A stretch of DNA of 64,000 bases. Source: Schizochytrium sp. TIO01. Taxonomy: Eukaryota; Protista; Bigyra: Labyrinthulomycetes. Made by a program: the position numbers and the translations under genes. The stretch covers positions 1,154,747-1,218,746 of the forward strand of contig SMSO01000037.1 of NCBI GenBank assembly GCA_004764695.1, given 5' to 3'. Below the pieces are notes generated by a model, which made no database searches, had not been told where the DNA came from, and saw nothing but the letters and a program-made list of their open reading frames with translations. Positions 26,489 to 38,459 of the stretch are shown one piece after another (position 1 is the stretch's first letter; each line of letters opens with the position of its first letter).

Positions 26489-28750
26489 ATGGGTGGAAAT
26501 AGCACCAAACCTTTGGCAATGGCGCCAGAATTTGGCTCAGAGTACACTCCGGACTACAGCGACAGCGAACCGCGCTACTATATGTTTAAAGACGATGTGG
26601 CCAAAGTTCGTTTTGCAAAGAAAGGTATCGCCGCACGTGCCCAGGATGGTGGTGCGCCTGAGGAGAACCTCCCCCAAGCTCTTAAAATCGCCGCAACGAA
26701 CTGGCCCGATAAGCCGGCACTCTGCACAGAGCGTCCTACTCCTCAACCACTGGGACGATCTGGTGCGCCTCCCTCGAAACCACTTTCTGAGTGGAAGACT
26801 TGGACCTGGAAACAGTATTACGAGGACACACGTGCTGCAGCCAAGGGGTTTCTCAAGCTCGGCGCTGTGCGTTACGATGGTGTGATGATTCTTGGCTTTA
26901 ACTCCCCCGAGTGGTTCATGTCTGAGCTTGGTGCCATGATGATTGGTGGCAAAGCTGCTGGCATTTATCCAACAGACACCAAGGCTCAGGTGGCATTCAA
27001 GTCCAAGCTTGCTGATGGTTCAGTTGCCGTGGTTGATACCGAGTCAAACTTTGAAAAGTTTGCGTTGCAGATTGAGGACCTTCCTTATCTCAAGGCCATC
27101 ATCACCTGGGATTGCAACAAGAGCGACCTTGAGCGATCGGACGGCTCTATTGTAAAGGTGATGGACTGGGATTCCCTCGTGGAGTATGGTAACCAGGAGG
27201 GCAGCGACGAAGAGCTGGATGCGCTCATTGAGGCCACCGAACCTGGCAACTGCGCCTGCCTTGTGTTCACCAGTGGTACTACTGGTCTTCCCAAGGCTGT
27301 CATGGTCAGTCACGATAGTGTTCTTTATGAGAGTTATGTGGTTGTTGAAGCTGGAATTGAAGGATTTGGTCTTCTGCCTGAGCAGGAACGCATCATCTCA
27401 TACCTTCCGCTCTCGCACGTTGCTGGTATGATGGTCGACATCATCTCTCCGCTCGTCGCGACGGCTTACAAGCGTTGCTGGGTGACCTCTTACTTTGCTC
27501 GCCCGTACGATCTGAAGATCGGCACTCTTGGTGAGCGTCTTCGTATTGTGCGCCCCACTGTCTTCATGGGTGTTCCCCGAGTGTACGAAAAGATTGCTGA
27601 GAAGCTGAAATCAGTTGGTGCCCAGTCTGGCGGCATGAAGAAAGCAATATCCGGCTGGGCCAAAAGCCATGGAAGCTTTGCTCAAGAGAATCTCATGCTT
27701 GGCGGCTCTGGAAAGCAAGGCATGCTGTTTCCAGTTGCCAACAAGATCCTCACCAAGGTTAAGGAAGCACTTGGCTTGGATCAGGCAAAGTTTATCTTCT
27801 CTGGCGCAGCACCCATCTCTATTGAGACGTTGGAATATTTTGGCCAGCTTGGCATTACAGTCAACGAGACTTACGGTATGTCTGAGTGCATGGGTGGTGC
27901 TACTTGGAGCACTAACCGTTGTCACGTGTGGGGTTCTATTGGTTTTACAATGCCTGGATCGGAGGTCAAGGTATTTGAGTCGAACGAGAGCGGTACTGTA
28001 AAGGAATGCCCAAAGTCAAAGGATCTCTTTCACCCGACCGAAGACGAGCAGGGCGAGGTCTGCTTTCGTGGACGCCACATCATGATGGGCTACCTTGCCA
28101 ACCCGGTGCTCGGCGAAGAACATGTTGAAGAGATGCGTGCTAAGAATGCGGAGTCCATCGACGATAGTGGTTTCATGCATAGTGGAGATAAGGGTAACAA
28201 GGATGTACGCAACATGTTGCGCATCACAGGTCGCTACAAGGAGCTCATTGTAACTGCTGGAGGTGAGAACATTGCCCCGGCGCCAATTGAGCACGCGATC
28301 AAGAAGAAATGTCCTTTCCTCTCAAACGTTATGATGATTGGTGACAAGCGCAAGTTCAATATTGTTTTGTGCACGCTTATTGCGAAGGGCGCCAACGGTG
28401 AACACCCTGGTTCTGATGTGCTGGACGGTGACGCTGCTTCCTTTGAAAAGGGTGTAACGACAATCTCTCAGGCGTCTGAGTCTCAAAAGTTCATCAAGGC
28501 CATCACTGATGCCATTACTGCTGTCAACAAGGATGACGAAGTTGTTGTCTCTAACGCATCCAAGGTGCAGAAGTTTACCATCCTCCCGCATGACTTTTCC
28601 GTTGATACTGGTGAGCTCACCCCATCTCTCAAACTTAAACGTTCTGTTGCTTACGATAAATTTGAGCCTATCATTGAAGCTGTTTACGCTTCCAAGGATG
28701 CTTACACCCCGTACAGCACTGCTCCTTCGGAGATTATGGAGGACCTTTAA
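26489..28750 (+). CDS. ACSBG: Long-chain acyl-CoA synthetase, ACSBG-like, paralog 4 (753 aa)
   Basis: The first ATG at 26489 (MGGNST) aligns with the paralog starts. Motifs FTSGTTGLPK, YGMSE, MHSGD, ITGRYKELIVTAGGENI and GELTPSLKLKR. Confidence 0.95.
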   Translation: MGGNSTKPLAMAPEFGSEYTPDYSDSEPRYYMFKDDVAKVRFAKKGIAARAQDGGAPEENLPQALKIAATNWPDKPALCTERPTPQPLGRSGAPPSKPLSEWKTWTWKQYYEDTRAAAKGFLKLGAVRYDGVMILGFNSPEWFMSELGAMMIGGKAAGIYPTDTKAQVAFKSKLADGSVAVVDTESNFEKFALQIEDLPYLKAIITWDCNKSDLERSDGSIVKVMDWDSLVEYGNQEGSDEELDALIEATEPGNCACLVFTSGTTGLPKAVMVSHDSVLYESYVVVEAGIEGFGLLPEQERIISYLPLSHVAGMMVDIISPLVATAYKRCWVTSYFARPYDLKIGTLGERLRIVRPTVFMGVPRVYEKIAEKLKSVGAQSGGMKKAISGWAKSHGSFAQENLMLGGSGKQGMLFPVANKILTKVKEALGLDQAKFIFSGAAPISIETLEYFGQLGITVNETYGMSECMGGATWSTNRCHVWGSIGFTMPGSEVKVFESNESGTVKECPKSKDLFHPTEDEQGEVCFRGRHIMMGYLANPVLGEEHVEEMRAKNAESIDDSGFMHSGDKGNKDVRNMLRITGRYKELIVTAGGENIAPAPIEHAIKKKCPFLSNVMMIGDKRKFNIVLCTLIAKGANGEHPGSDVLDGDAASFEKGVTTISQASESQKFIKAITDAITAVNKDDEVVVSNASKVQKFTILPHDFSVDTGELTPSLKLKRSVAYDKFEPIIEAVYASKDAYTPYSTAPSEIMEDL

Positions 28751-29947
28751 GCGCAACTATATATCAAAAATATACTGTATGTCTAAAAGAGAAAAAATAT
28801 GAACTTTTCCACGGTTACCCTCTCTCCGTCTCCATATTATAAAAGAACATATAAGAAATCTTTCTTTGGGCAATTGTGATCTGATGTGATGATTCACTTT
28901 GTGAATTCATTTCTTTCGTACCCTGTACTTTTTAGCCGGATCTTTTTTTAAAAGAACGCCTAAAAAGTGACGGGAGAAGCAGACACCAAGCCAGGGAAAT
29001 AATAGCTATCAGTTTTGGTGCAAAGACTGGAGTAATTGCAAGTGCTTAGTATAGTTCGAAGTTCAGAAGAACTCGGAAGTTGTATAACAACGTATCAAGT
29101 TGAAATGCAGTAATTAGAAAGTATTTTAGCTTGTGATTTAAAGATGTATCAATCCACAGTCGTAGTAATGTGTTTGTTTGTTTGCAAAATACAGTAGCGC
29201 ATGGACTCCTCGTATCTGCATTTATACTTTTTTTCTTTTCTTTTCTTTTTTCTTTCGTTCGTTTTTACTTTCTCACCTCGCCAAGTAAAAGCAAGGAGAA
29301 GAGGTATTCATCATCATTTCTGATCACCATCATCATTCCCATCATGTGCGCTACACTCCATCAAAGTATATCTCAATTATATCCTCCAAGGCTTGGCTAC
29401 AATTTCATTTGCAGGCAAGCTGGCCTCAAGATAATTTTGACAGGCGAATCCAACTTCAAACGTTCTACATGTGCTAGTGAATAAGCATGCCCAGCAACAC
29501 AGTTGAATCGTATGAAAGTTCAAAGTATCTCACAGAGCGTATCGAATATCTTGTGGGCTATCATCCGACCTCGTTATTAAGTTGCTTCCTTCGCTTCTTC
29601 TCTCTCTCCCCCCAACTCCTTCCCTTCTCTCATTCCACACCCTAACTTCACGCATCTCAGGCGCGAGAGCATTGATCCCAGCACCTTGAGCTCTGTAAAA
29701 TTTATGAGAGAGGCTATGAAATGCCAAATTACAACCAATCCTTAAACCCATCAAATCTTAAGCCACGCAAGTTAGTGAGGCACACATCCTTAGCGAATGC
29801 AGAACAACCCCTAACAAAATCGCATCCCAAACTGATCTAACCTTGACCAGACTTCAGCAAGTTTGCCTGGAGATGCTTTCCTGAACGGAATGCAATCGCG
29901 AACTATCCATGAGCGCGACTCTACAATTATTCGAGCACGAAGATATC

Positions 29948-30190
29948 TTATTCAGAGGAGGAGTGGTTTTTCGCCTCAGGAAAGAGGATCGGGTTAGCCT
30001 GAGCAAGCCACGTCATAGCCCACATCATCCACATGCACACGCCTCCAAGAGCCACAAGGAAGCTCATGAGCTGTGCCTCTCCGCGAGAAAGCTTTCCCGT
30101 TGCCCGGAGACCTTGCCCAAAGAGGCAGAGCACCACGCCAATGCACAAGAAAGTCAACAGGCCCACGCCCAAGGGAGCGAAATCCGCCAT
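29948..30190 (-). CDS. ATP6V0E: V-type H+-ATPase V0 subunit e (80 aa)
   Basis: Two TM helices and the signature CMWMMWAMTWLAQANPILFP, matching the CxW(L/M)xW...LAQxNP(L/I)xxP motif of subunit e/Vma9. ATG at 30190. Confidence 0.9.
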   Translation of the reverse strand: MADFAPLGVGLLTFLCIGVVLCLFGQGLRATGKLSRGEAQLMSFLVALGGVCMWMMWAMTWLAQANPILFPEAKNHSSSE

Positions 30191-30903
30191 GATTCTCGGA
30201 GACGAAGCCTTAACTACAACGCGAACGACAGCCACAGCACAGAGCCGGGGTTTGCGACCTCAAACCAAAGGGACTCGAGACCGAAAGAGCTCGCAACAGG
30301 GCTTTGCGTGGACTCCTCGAACTGTGCAAGGAGTAGCGTATGTTAGAAGGTAAGTGATTTTTAGCGATTCCTTTATCATCGCTTACTATTATTAAGGGGA
30401 AAGAGAGATCATGTAGGCGACGAGCGCACAGCGAAGTCGGGTACTTCCGGAGGATCTTCCTCCTCCTCTGACTCCACTGAAGATTCTTCCTCTCGGCATA
30501 ATATTACTTTAGTTTTATCGAATTAGACTTGCATACACTGACTCTAAATAATAGGATATGCAGGTTTACTATTTCAGGGGTAATCAGAGGTAAAATATTA
30601 TTATTTAGAAGAGAAATAAGAGGGAACCACTGAGGTAAAGTTTTTACCGGCGAAACTAGAAACGGATCTCTTGGAATGAGGAGATGTTCATGGATGAAAT
30701 TTAACTTGCAAGGAAAGAGCAAAACATTGAGATTGGAGAACTTGTGGAAAGCTAGCTAGCCAGACCTTCAGCTGATGCTGACCAAGTAGTAACGCCTTGA
30801 AGGGAGCTTGTTGCTAAGGAGTCAGGTTCTTTGCTGGTGATTTTCTACAAAATTGTAGCACTTTGTGCCGAGGTATTCCTACGGGGAAGCAAAACAGCGC
30901 AGG

Positions 30904-31911
30904 ATGAGGAAAACAGGATCTCTGGAGGCTCTGGAGAAGTATCGAAGACGCGGGCGAAGACGCGAAGAAGCATCACAAAATAGAATGCTGCATAACTTTC
31001 CAACGTTAGCGTCTTCGCAATCGGCGTCGAATTTAGTCATGGTAGTCACACCAGGTATTAAACCACTAGAGCAACGTCTCGTGCCACCAAAACCGTCGCG
31101 AAGAGCATTTGGTGCACCAAAGGAGCTCTTCGAAACAAGCGTAGATGAAATCAGTGAAATGCATAACATACTGGCAGAACGCGCGGCACGGAAGAAGGAG
31201 AATCGCACCCGAATCCTAGCTCGTGCCTTGAGTATCACTGCCGATGAAGATGAAGACTCAGATACGGAAGCTAAGAAGCTTGAGCCTATTGAATCTGCCT
31301 TATTTAAGGTTCGTGGAGTTGCAGAGAGATTATTAGAGTCGCATCAAATGGACTTGCGAGGTTTTGAGGGAGAGGCTATGGACGAAGAGACCTTTCGTCT
31401 ACAAGTCAAGACACAACTTGGCGTGAAATTGAGTCGCGCTGAAACGCGAGCTTTAGTGAGTCACATGGATGAGAACGGGGACGGGCAGATCGATTTTAAA
31501 GAAGTCCTGCATCATTTCCTAAATCCTGAACGGCTGCGCACAAGTGCACGAAGAGCATTTCGCCGCCGAACAGTTATTGATCGTTTTCGATTGACTATGA
31601 ATAAGATTCGCGAGGCTGCAGCAAAAGTAAAACTGGAAGATGTGTTCAAAAAGTTTGATGAAGACGGCGATCGAAGAATTTCGAGAGATGAATTCACTCA
31701 AGTCCTGCAAGATGAATTGATGCTTGATCTAGACGACAGAGAGGTTAACGAAGTTTTTCGCCAGTTTGACCCAAACAATGATGGCTCCCTCTCATTTTCA
31801 GAATTTTCTTTTGCATTCTATAATTATCGTACATTTGAAAAAAACATCATTAATAGCAAAGAATTTAAGCATGCTAGGCGGCGCACGCGCCCTCCTTTCA
31901 TGCCATGTTAA
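30904..31911 (+). CDS. EF-hand calcium-binding protein
   Basis: EF loops DENGDGQIDFKE, DEDGDRRISRDE and DPNNDGSLSFSE. The first ATG is at 30904; the true 5' end is uncertain (possible intron from GTAAGT at 30350 to AG at 30858). Confidence 0.85.
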   Translation: MRKTGSLEALEKYRRRGRRREEASQNRMLHNFPTLASSQSASNLVMVVTPGIKPLEQRLVPPKPSRRAFGAPKELFETSVDEISEMHNILAERAARKKENRTRILARALSITADEDEDSDTEAKKLEPIESALFKVRGVAERLLESHQMDLRGFEGEAMDEETFRLQVKTQLGVKLSRAETRALVSHMDENGDGQIDFKEVLHHFLNPERLRTSARRAFRRRTVIDRFRLTMNKIREAAAKVKLEDVFKKFDEDGDRRISRDEFTQVLQDELMLDLDDREVNEVFRQFDPNNDGSLSFSEFSFAFYNYRTFEKNIINSKEFKHARRRTRPPFMPC

Positions 31912-32467
31912 GCTTTCACATGTGTAATTCATTTGTAACATTCCTTTCATTTCAAATAAGCAACAATCACATCTAATTGAAAAAATAGTTTGTAACTTTG
32001 TTTAGTGGTTGGCTAACTATGCATATGCCCGTTTAATCAATATAATTCGATGGACAATGCTATAAGTAGAATGTCTCGTACCAAAAGAAACATCAGCTCA
32101 AAGACTCAGTATGTAAAATGTAGTTGCTGGGTTCCTGAGTAAAGGAGTAGTATGAGAATATACTTATTGCCTTATGGATTGAGTTGAGCTTTAAAAAAAA
32201 AAAAAAAAAACAGAATTGAAAATGTAATACAGAGAATTGTGATATTCCTCAAAAGAAGATGTACCTTCCTGTTCTTCCAATGTAAGCGTCCACTTTGAAC
32301 GTTGGGTATCGTTCACGCACAAGAAAAAGCTCGAGCGTGGGCCCAGCTAAAAGTCACGTTCAGCCACAGGATATGTTTTCAAAATATAATTCTATCTAGA
32401 TTAATGATAATGAGGTGTTGATCAAGACTGTCCTTGACAGGGTAGGTATTCTAAGGGAATACGTGGG

Positions 32468-33104
32468 TCAAATATAACGCCGGCGGCGATGCGGGGAGGT
32501 TGGAAAGTCTGAGGGCCTCTTCGCGGCATTTCCATTATGAGGATGCAGAGGCGGTTTTTTATGTACACTGCGTTCAAGTTCACGTTTTTCTAGGACCATG
32601 GTCCTCTTCTCCAAGGCTTGTAACCGCTCCCGCAAACGCCTATTTTCGGCCTGGGCGTTTTCGGTCTCGCGCTGCATTTCCTCAAGTTTGGCGTCGAGTC
32701 TATCCATACGCTGGTCAGTCCGCGAGAGTGCGCTCATGAACAGGTTTCTCAGGCCTTCTACAAGCCTGAACACGCCTTGACCTCGCTCTCCATTCACCAT
32801 GATTATTTGCATAGCATCTTCGAGTTTCCCAACTAAGCATGAAACTAGCTCGTTTTGTTGATGCTCAGACTCTGACTCCAGCATTTCAAAGTCTCTCGAC
32901 TCCATAGTAGCTTCAAACTTGCCTAGGCCCCGCGGGCTTGTCAGAAACCCAAGTTTGGGCGCTCAAGCGCCTCCTGAAGGAGCGTCTTGCGCTGCGTTGC
33001 GAAGGTCTCGGGACTTCGGGATCTGCTTTGGTCTGCTTTCTTTGCACGGCCATCGAGTACTTGGCACCCTTAGCGCATGCTAGGCAGGTCCTATGGCTCC
33101 ACAT
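32468..33104 (-). CDS. Hypothetical coiled-coil protein (~210 aa); probable +1 frame break near 32925-32965
   Basis: The 145-aa coiled-coil ORF (32468-32905) is preceded in frame by GLGKFEAT. The upstream 63-aa ORF joins it by removing one base in the AAGCCCGCGGGG tract. Confidence 0.6.
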
Positions 33105-34202
33105 TTTCCCGACTCTGGAGGGTGAAGCGACCTAAATAATAAAGAGGAATTAGACCGGTGAATGCAAATCTTCTCTCTTTTATTTATCCGTGAGGTATCA
33201 TTTTTTAGCCGACGTGGTGGTTAGAGACCCCCACACGTTTACATTGTTGAAAGACTTTCTGAGAAGACAGCGGAAATGGGAGTCAACTTATACTTTCTGA
33301 AGACCCAAGAAGATGCTGATAACTGCCAAGGCCGCGTTGGGAACTCAGCATAGCATCAAGAGCTGAGGCATGGGTGGTTCAACCTCGTATTGCATCAGCT
33401 GTTTCAATGACCCCTGCGGATCTCCATGTTTTATGATGACCTCTCCTGCTTGCTATATGACGCTTTTGAGCAGTTTTACGGCTACTCGTAAAGATGCGAC
33501 GCACTTCGCCGCAATTTATAGCTCAGGCTAAATTGATCGAAGCAAATAATCCAAGCTCATTCCTTGAATTTGCTTCAGACGATACTGGATAAGTTCGGGT
33601 CGCTGATACTCAGACTGTTCGCCCCCAAGAATCTACAGTTCAACGGACTTCAAACCAAAACTTACCCGCTAGGACTCTCTGTTGTCTTTGCCGGGAGCTT
33701 GCACATGTCCAGAAACAAGATATTGATTTCAGAAAGCAGCCATATCATAAAAAGTGCTCATGATTGAAGCAGAATGACACCAAAAGGAGGAGAACGCAAA
33801 GGCCAACCTGTTAGTTATTATCTCGCAGGAATTGTTTGTAGTACCAAGGTGGGTAGGGTATAATATAAATTATTTATAATTCCTTTCTGAAAGTTTCTTT
33901 CTATGGAGAGAAAGCGCGAAAAATAATTCTTAAAAAAAGCTCAAGGCAATCTAAAGATGAAAACGAAAACCACGCAAACTTGCAAAATACCCCCCAACAA
34001 CCGTCGACGAAAAGTTGGACTTTACCTTCAGGGCCAGCGACCAGAGCTCCAAAACTAGGCCTTTGGAGGGCTTGAAGCGCTGCCCAAGCGTGCTAACCCG
34101 TTTCTCGGGCGCTTGAAAGCCTAGCGGTAGGCTTTATCTCTTTGCACTGGTACATGGCCTAGCGGCTCAGCTGCATCTTCACGTAAGGTCTTGCAGGAAA
34201 GC

Positions 34203-35828
34203 ATGGCGTCGTCCTCAACAAAGCGTGATAAAAAGGAAAGCTCGTCCAAGTCGAAAGGGAAATCATCCTCTTCATCGAAGAGAGATAAGTCCTCATCGAA
34301 GGATAAACCAAGTAAAGTCACAGATGAAAATAAATCAGGTCAACAAGAACCCAAGGCTACTGCAAGCCCATTTGAGCATGGCCGTGCTTTCAACAGGTAC
34401 TGCGATCCAGAAACAAAGACAATGACACAAAGTCAATTTGCAGCCATGCTGCAAGATCTTCACGTGTCTCTTCCAAGCATGCCACAGCCAACCGCAGCTC
34501 CGCTTGACGCAAAGCGCCAATTTGAGGCTGGCATGCTCTTTGAACAATACGATGTAGACAAATCAGGCCGAATTTCACAAGATGCTTTTCAACGCATTTA
34601 TCAAGATCTTCTAGAGGCGAAGCCGTCTAGCAAATCACATTCCATGGCAACACCAGGTAGAGAGATTGATTCATGGCCACCATATACAGCAGCAATGTTT
34701 CCGCACTCGTCTGTGCCAGATACGAGACCTCCACAACAGACATCTGCAACAGCAACAATAAAACCCAGCTCCTCTGAGGCTAGGCCTTTGTTTTCATCAG
34801 CAACGCATGATTCTACAAACTCAGATGATGATGATTATATACAACACCACACCTACAAGAGTCCATTACCCTATTTATCAGCTTTGCCGGTCGAATATGG
34901 GGACAGTGCTACTGCTCTGCTTCGCCGTGACTTTCTTCATCTCCAAACGCTTCTCGAAGCAACTTTGGCCCCTCGAATCGAGTCCGAGGTCCATGTTCTG
35001 GAGCAAGTTCACAGAGCAAAAGTGGAACTTGATAGTCGCGCAAAAAAGATTGAGGATGCTACCCGCGCGGAGGCCGAGAGCATCATCAAACAGCTCCAGA
35101 GTGCGAAAGGGAGTTTGCATGCTAAACTCGAGGAGCTCGCAAATACTCATCGCAAGGTGTTGGAAAAGATGGGCCAATTTCAGTATCTTGCGGCGGGTCC
35201 ACGACCTCGTGATGCTTTGCGGATGGACCCTTATGGCCTGACGCAATACAGTAGTGCAATGGCAGTAGGACTCCCATCTCCAGCTGAGGCGTCCGGGGCT
35301 GAAGATCCTGCGCTAGCAGTCTTTCGAAGACAAAGAATGCGTGCGCAAGCTGCATTCCGCGATCAAGAACGATTTCCTCATCCAGTCATTATGCGTGATT
35401 TTGTGAATTTATTCAAAGAGTTTCAAGCCGCAGCGCAAAAACTCGTGGACGCACCCTACGTTGGATTAACGTATAAACCTGATGATGAGGAAGGTAGCAC
35501 CCCTGTGGATAAAATTAAAAAACTTGCTAACGAACCACTTCCTAAAGAGATTGATCGTTTAAGAAGTATGGCGACTGAAGCAGCTAAACTAAAGGAGCAA
35601 GTCCAACTCAAAGACCAAATGATCTTCACACTTGTACAAGAGCGAGAATCTTTTGAGCAGCAAAAACAGGAATTTCTGGCTGAGGTAGATGAGCTCTCCG
35701 ATGTGTCAACAAAGGAGATCCGCGCTTGGGCACAACTTCATGAACAGTCTACCCGCGAGTTGCAAGAAAAGATCGCTCTTTTGCAAGAACAGAACCGTAA
35801 CCTTCAAGAACAACTCCGGTCACGCTAG
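34203..35828 (+). CDS. EF-hand and coiled-coil domain protein (541 aa)
   Basis: Long ORF with a K/S-rich N-terminus, an EF-like loop DVDKSGRISQDA and extensive C-terminal heptad helices. Confidence 0.8.
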   Translation: MASSSTKRDKKESSSKSKGKSSSSSKRDKSSSKDKPSKVTDENKSGQQEPKATASPFEHGRAFNRYCDPETKTMTQSQFAAMLQDLHVSLPSMPQPTAAPLDAKRQFEAGMLFEQYDVDKSGRISQDAFQRIYQDLLEAKPSSKSHSMATPGREIDSWPPYTAAMFPHSSVPDTRPPQQTSATATIKPSSSEARPLFSSATHDSTNSDDDDYIQHHTYKSPLPYLSALPVEYGDSATALLRRDFLHLQTLLEATLAPRIESEVHVLEQVHRAKVELDSRAKKIEDATRAEAESIIKQLQSAKGSLHAKLEELANTHRKVLEKMGQFQYLAAGPRPRDALRMDPYGLTQYSSAMAVGLPSPAEASGAEDPALAVFRRQRMRAQAAFRDQERFPHPVIMRDFVNLFKEFQAAAQKLVDAPYVGLTYKPDDEEGSTPVDKIKKLANEPLPKEIDRLRSMATEAAKLKEQVQLKDQMIFTLVQERESFEQQKQEFLAEVDELSDVSTKEIRAWAQLHEQSTRELQEKIALLQEQNRNLQEQLRSR

Positions 35829-38459
35829 CCTATATTTCGCCACGTGTACAGTTCTGAGGGTAATTAGCTAGAAAAGACAAAAACTTGATCTGTTTCCTAC
35901 TATTATATAGTCGTATTTCGATTTATGAATTTAACTAAAATCAAAATCTACTTACTACCTGATTATTGTCGTACCTGACCTAATTCTATGTAACAATGGG
36001 CACCTTGAATTTAACTTGTACGAAATTGGTCATGTCCATGAAACGCAATAATGCTTCTATTGGGTACAATACCGATTTCCAATCTGAATAATTCAATCTT
36101 CGTTCTTGATTTTCTGGAATTGTCATAGTTAATCACTTTATTAAACTTGACAAACCTTCTTGTTAGGGAGTAAGGTGTGTTCTCGAGTCTCATTCGCAAT
36201 CTCTCTACGTGACCCTCACCAGCAAATATAACATCTAGGTCACCAATACATCATGTCAAATCCATTTCCAATAGCTCACGCATGGATTGTGGCGCCATAA
36301 TCACGTCCACATTGCTGGGAGCCTTGATGAATGGAAGTTTGCTCCCAGACCAGGCGATATGTAGTCGTGAACGATTGTTGAATCGTTTGGTCTCACACCT
36401 CCCAGTGTTTCAGCAAATACAAGACGGCAAGCAATCCCAACCTACTCCTAGCAGCTCGACAAAAGAAAGTTTCAGACTAGTTGCAATTCCTTCACAGCTC
36501 CTGGCAATCATCGCAGCCGACTGCACCGCAGTATTGGCAGGTTCTATTCCCAGAGTTTATGGTTCGTCACAATTTCATATTTGTCGTCAGTACACACGTC
36601 TCGCTGTGTCTGACATCATCCTGCGATATCGTTATTATCCTCAAGTCGAACCCCAGACCATTGTGGTCCCTCAAGTTCATCATCAGCAATGTACGAATGG
36701 AGGCCAGTTGTTGGCTTTGCGCCCGTGCTTGTACAGGCTATTGGTGATGGAAGGCAAGGCCTCGCGTGCTCGTGGCGTCGTCTCGGACGAGATCGCTTCT
36801 TCCTGCTCGGCGAGCTTTCGGTGGCATCTTTGTGCCACCTAGGGTGGGGTTCGTTGCGTCCATGGGCGGAACTTGGTGACCTCGTGCCTCTTGTCGCCAT
36901 TTATTTCTCGCACTCGGTATGACTGGCCTTCAAAGCTGTATGAATGGCACAACTTTCGCATTGGCGTCCGTGTACGAAGGTACCGACCTAGTGTTTCAAG
37001 GAGTTAGCTGCTTCATATTGCCATGGTGGTGGGGTGTGCGTGTATGTGTGCGGGGTGCTGGGCTTTCAAGCTGCGCAAACAAAGCGAATAACATATTTAA
37101 CGTTGCGCTGGGCATTTCCGCATTCGCGTGGACCAGACGGGCAAGATGTAGCTTTTGTGGATGGATGCCAATCAGTTTGCTTTGGCTCATAACTGAATTT
37201 GGCAGATCTCTTGTTTGCGTTGTCAATAACTGCTCTGTAGCGGTGTCTCGCCGTAGAGCTCCGAGCCTGCCTAGGGTGGATGGGTGGATGGATGATGAGT
37301 GATTTGTGGATTTGAGATAAGGGGTTTTTCATGACCATTTCCACCTCCAAGTGTGCAATTGGTCAAAGCTTTCAATACTTCTTACTACCTACCTACCATT
37401 TTACAATTAATAATTATAAACAAATCGTTTCTTTTCCTTTCTAACTTGAAAGAAAAGCTACGATTGTAAAGCATCTTTGTGTCACTTCCTGTCAGAGGCG
37501 TAGGATAAAGAGCCCGCAAATTGCCACGTGCGTGATATCATTGTATTATTCATAAAGACATGCGATGGGCTTGCTTGCGCAAGGTCACTTGTTGCTACAT
37601 TAGCTCTCTTTTTTTTTCTTTTCTTTTTCTGCTAATGAAAAAAATTGAAGAAAAGAACAAAATAACGCTTAACACTATATTGCCTTGAAGTGAATAAAGT
37701 GGCTTTGTCTAGCCGGAACAACTCTTGCTCTCAGCCATGCTAAGTTGTCTAAATTTATGAAAGTCATACCGGCTGTTGCGGGTTGTCTTCCACCCCCCAA
37801 AAATGTATCATGCTCTCGAAGTTGTAAGTAACAATCGCAGACGATAAAGGTCATAGATTCGAACTTACAACAGTCTTCAAGGACTGATTATACAACCTCT
37901 TTCTATTTCTTAAATGATGTCTGATATTCTCAAAGATACACAAGAATTGGGATCTCAAAATATTTCAGATTCCAATTCCAAGGCCCCTCTTTTTAATTAT
38001 CATCATGGTCAAATGTGTATTATATGTTACGAGCCCGAGCTCTTCTCATTTACTCCAGGGTCTTCTACTATATTCTACTAGAGCTCCACCAACATCCTCT
38101 TATGGCCGAGCTATACTAGCTCTTCACCAAGTCGAAGACCAACAGATGGCGTACGTTTGTTCGCTATCATCACATTCTCCCTTGGCCAATAGTCCAAACC
38201 TTGTGTTCAAAAAACGTTTGTGGGTTTGGAATTTCTAAACCTCGCAATATAGCACATCATTGCATTTCCTTTCGCCTTGGCCGAGCCACTCAATATTCGG
38301 ATGTATGCAGGAGACGATGAGATCTTGACTTCAGAATCAAGTCTCTTGCATCGTCTTTCATTCTTTTGAAAGTATTTGCGATGCTTTAAGCTCGAGATGC
38401 TTTAAGATATCCCAGAGGTCTCGAGAGATCTTGTGACAATCTCTTACAATTTCTCTAGC

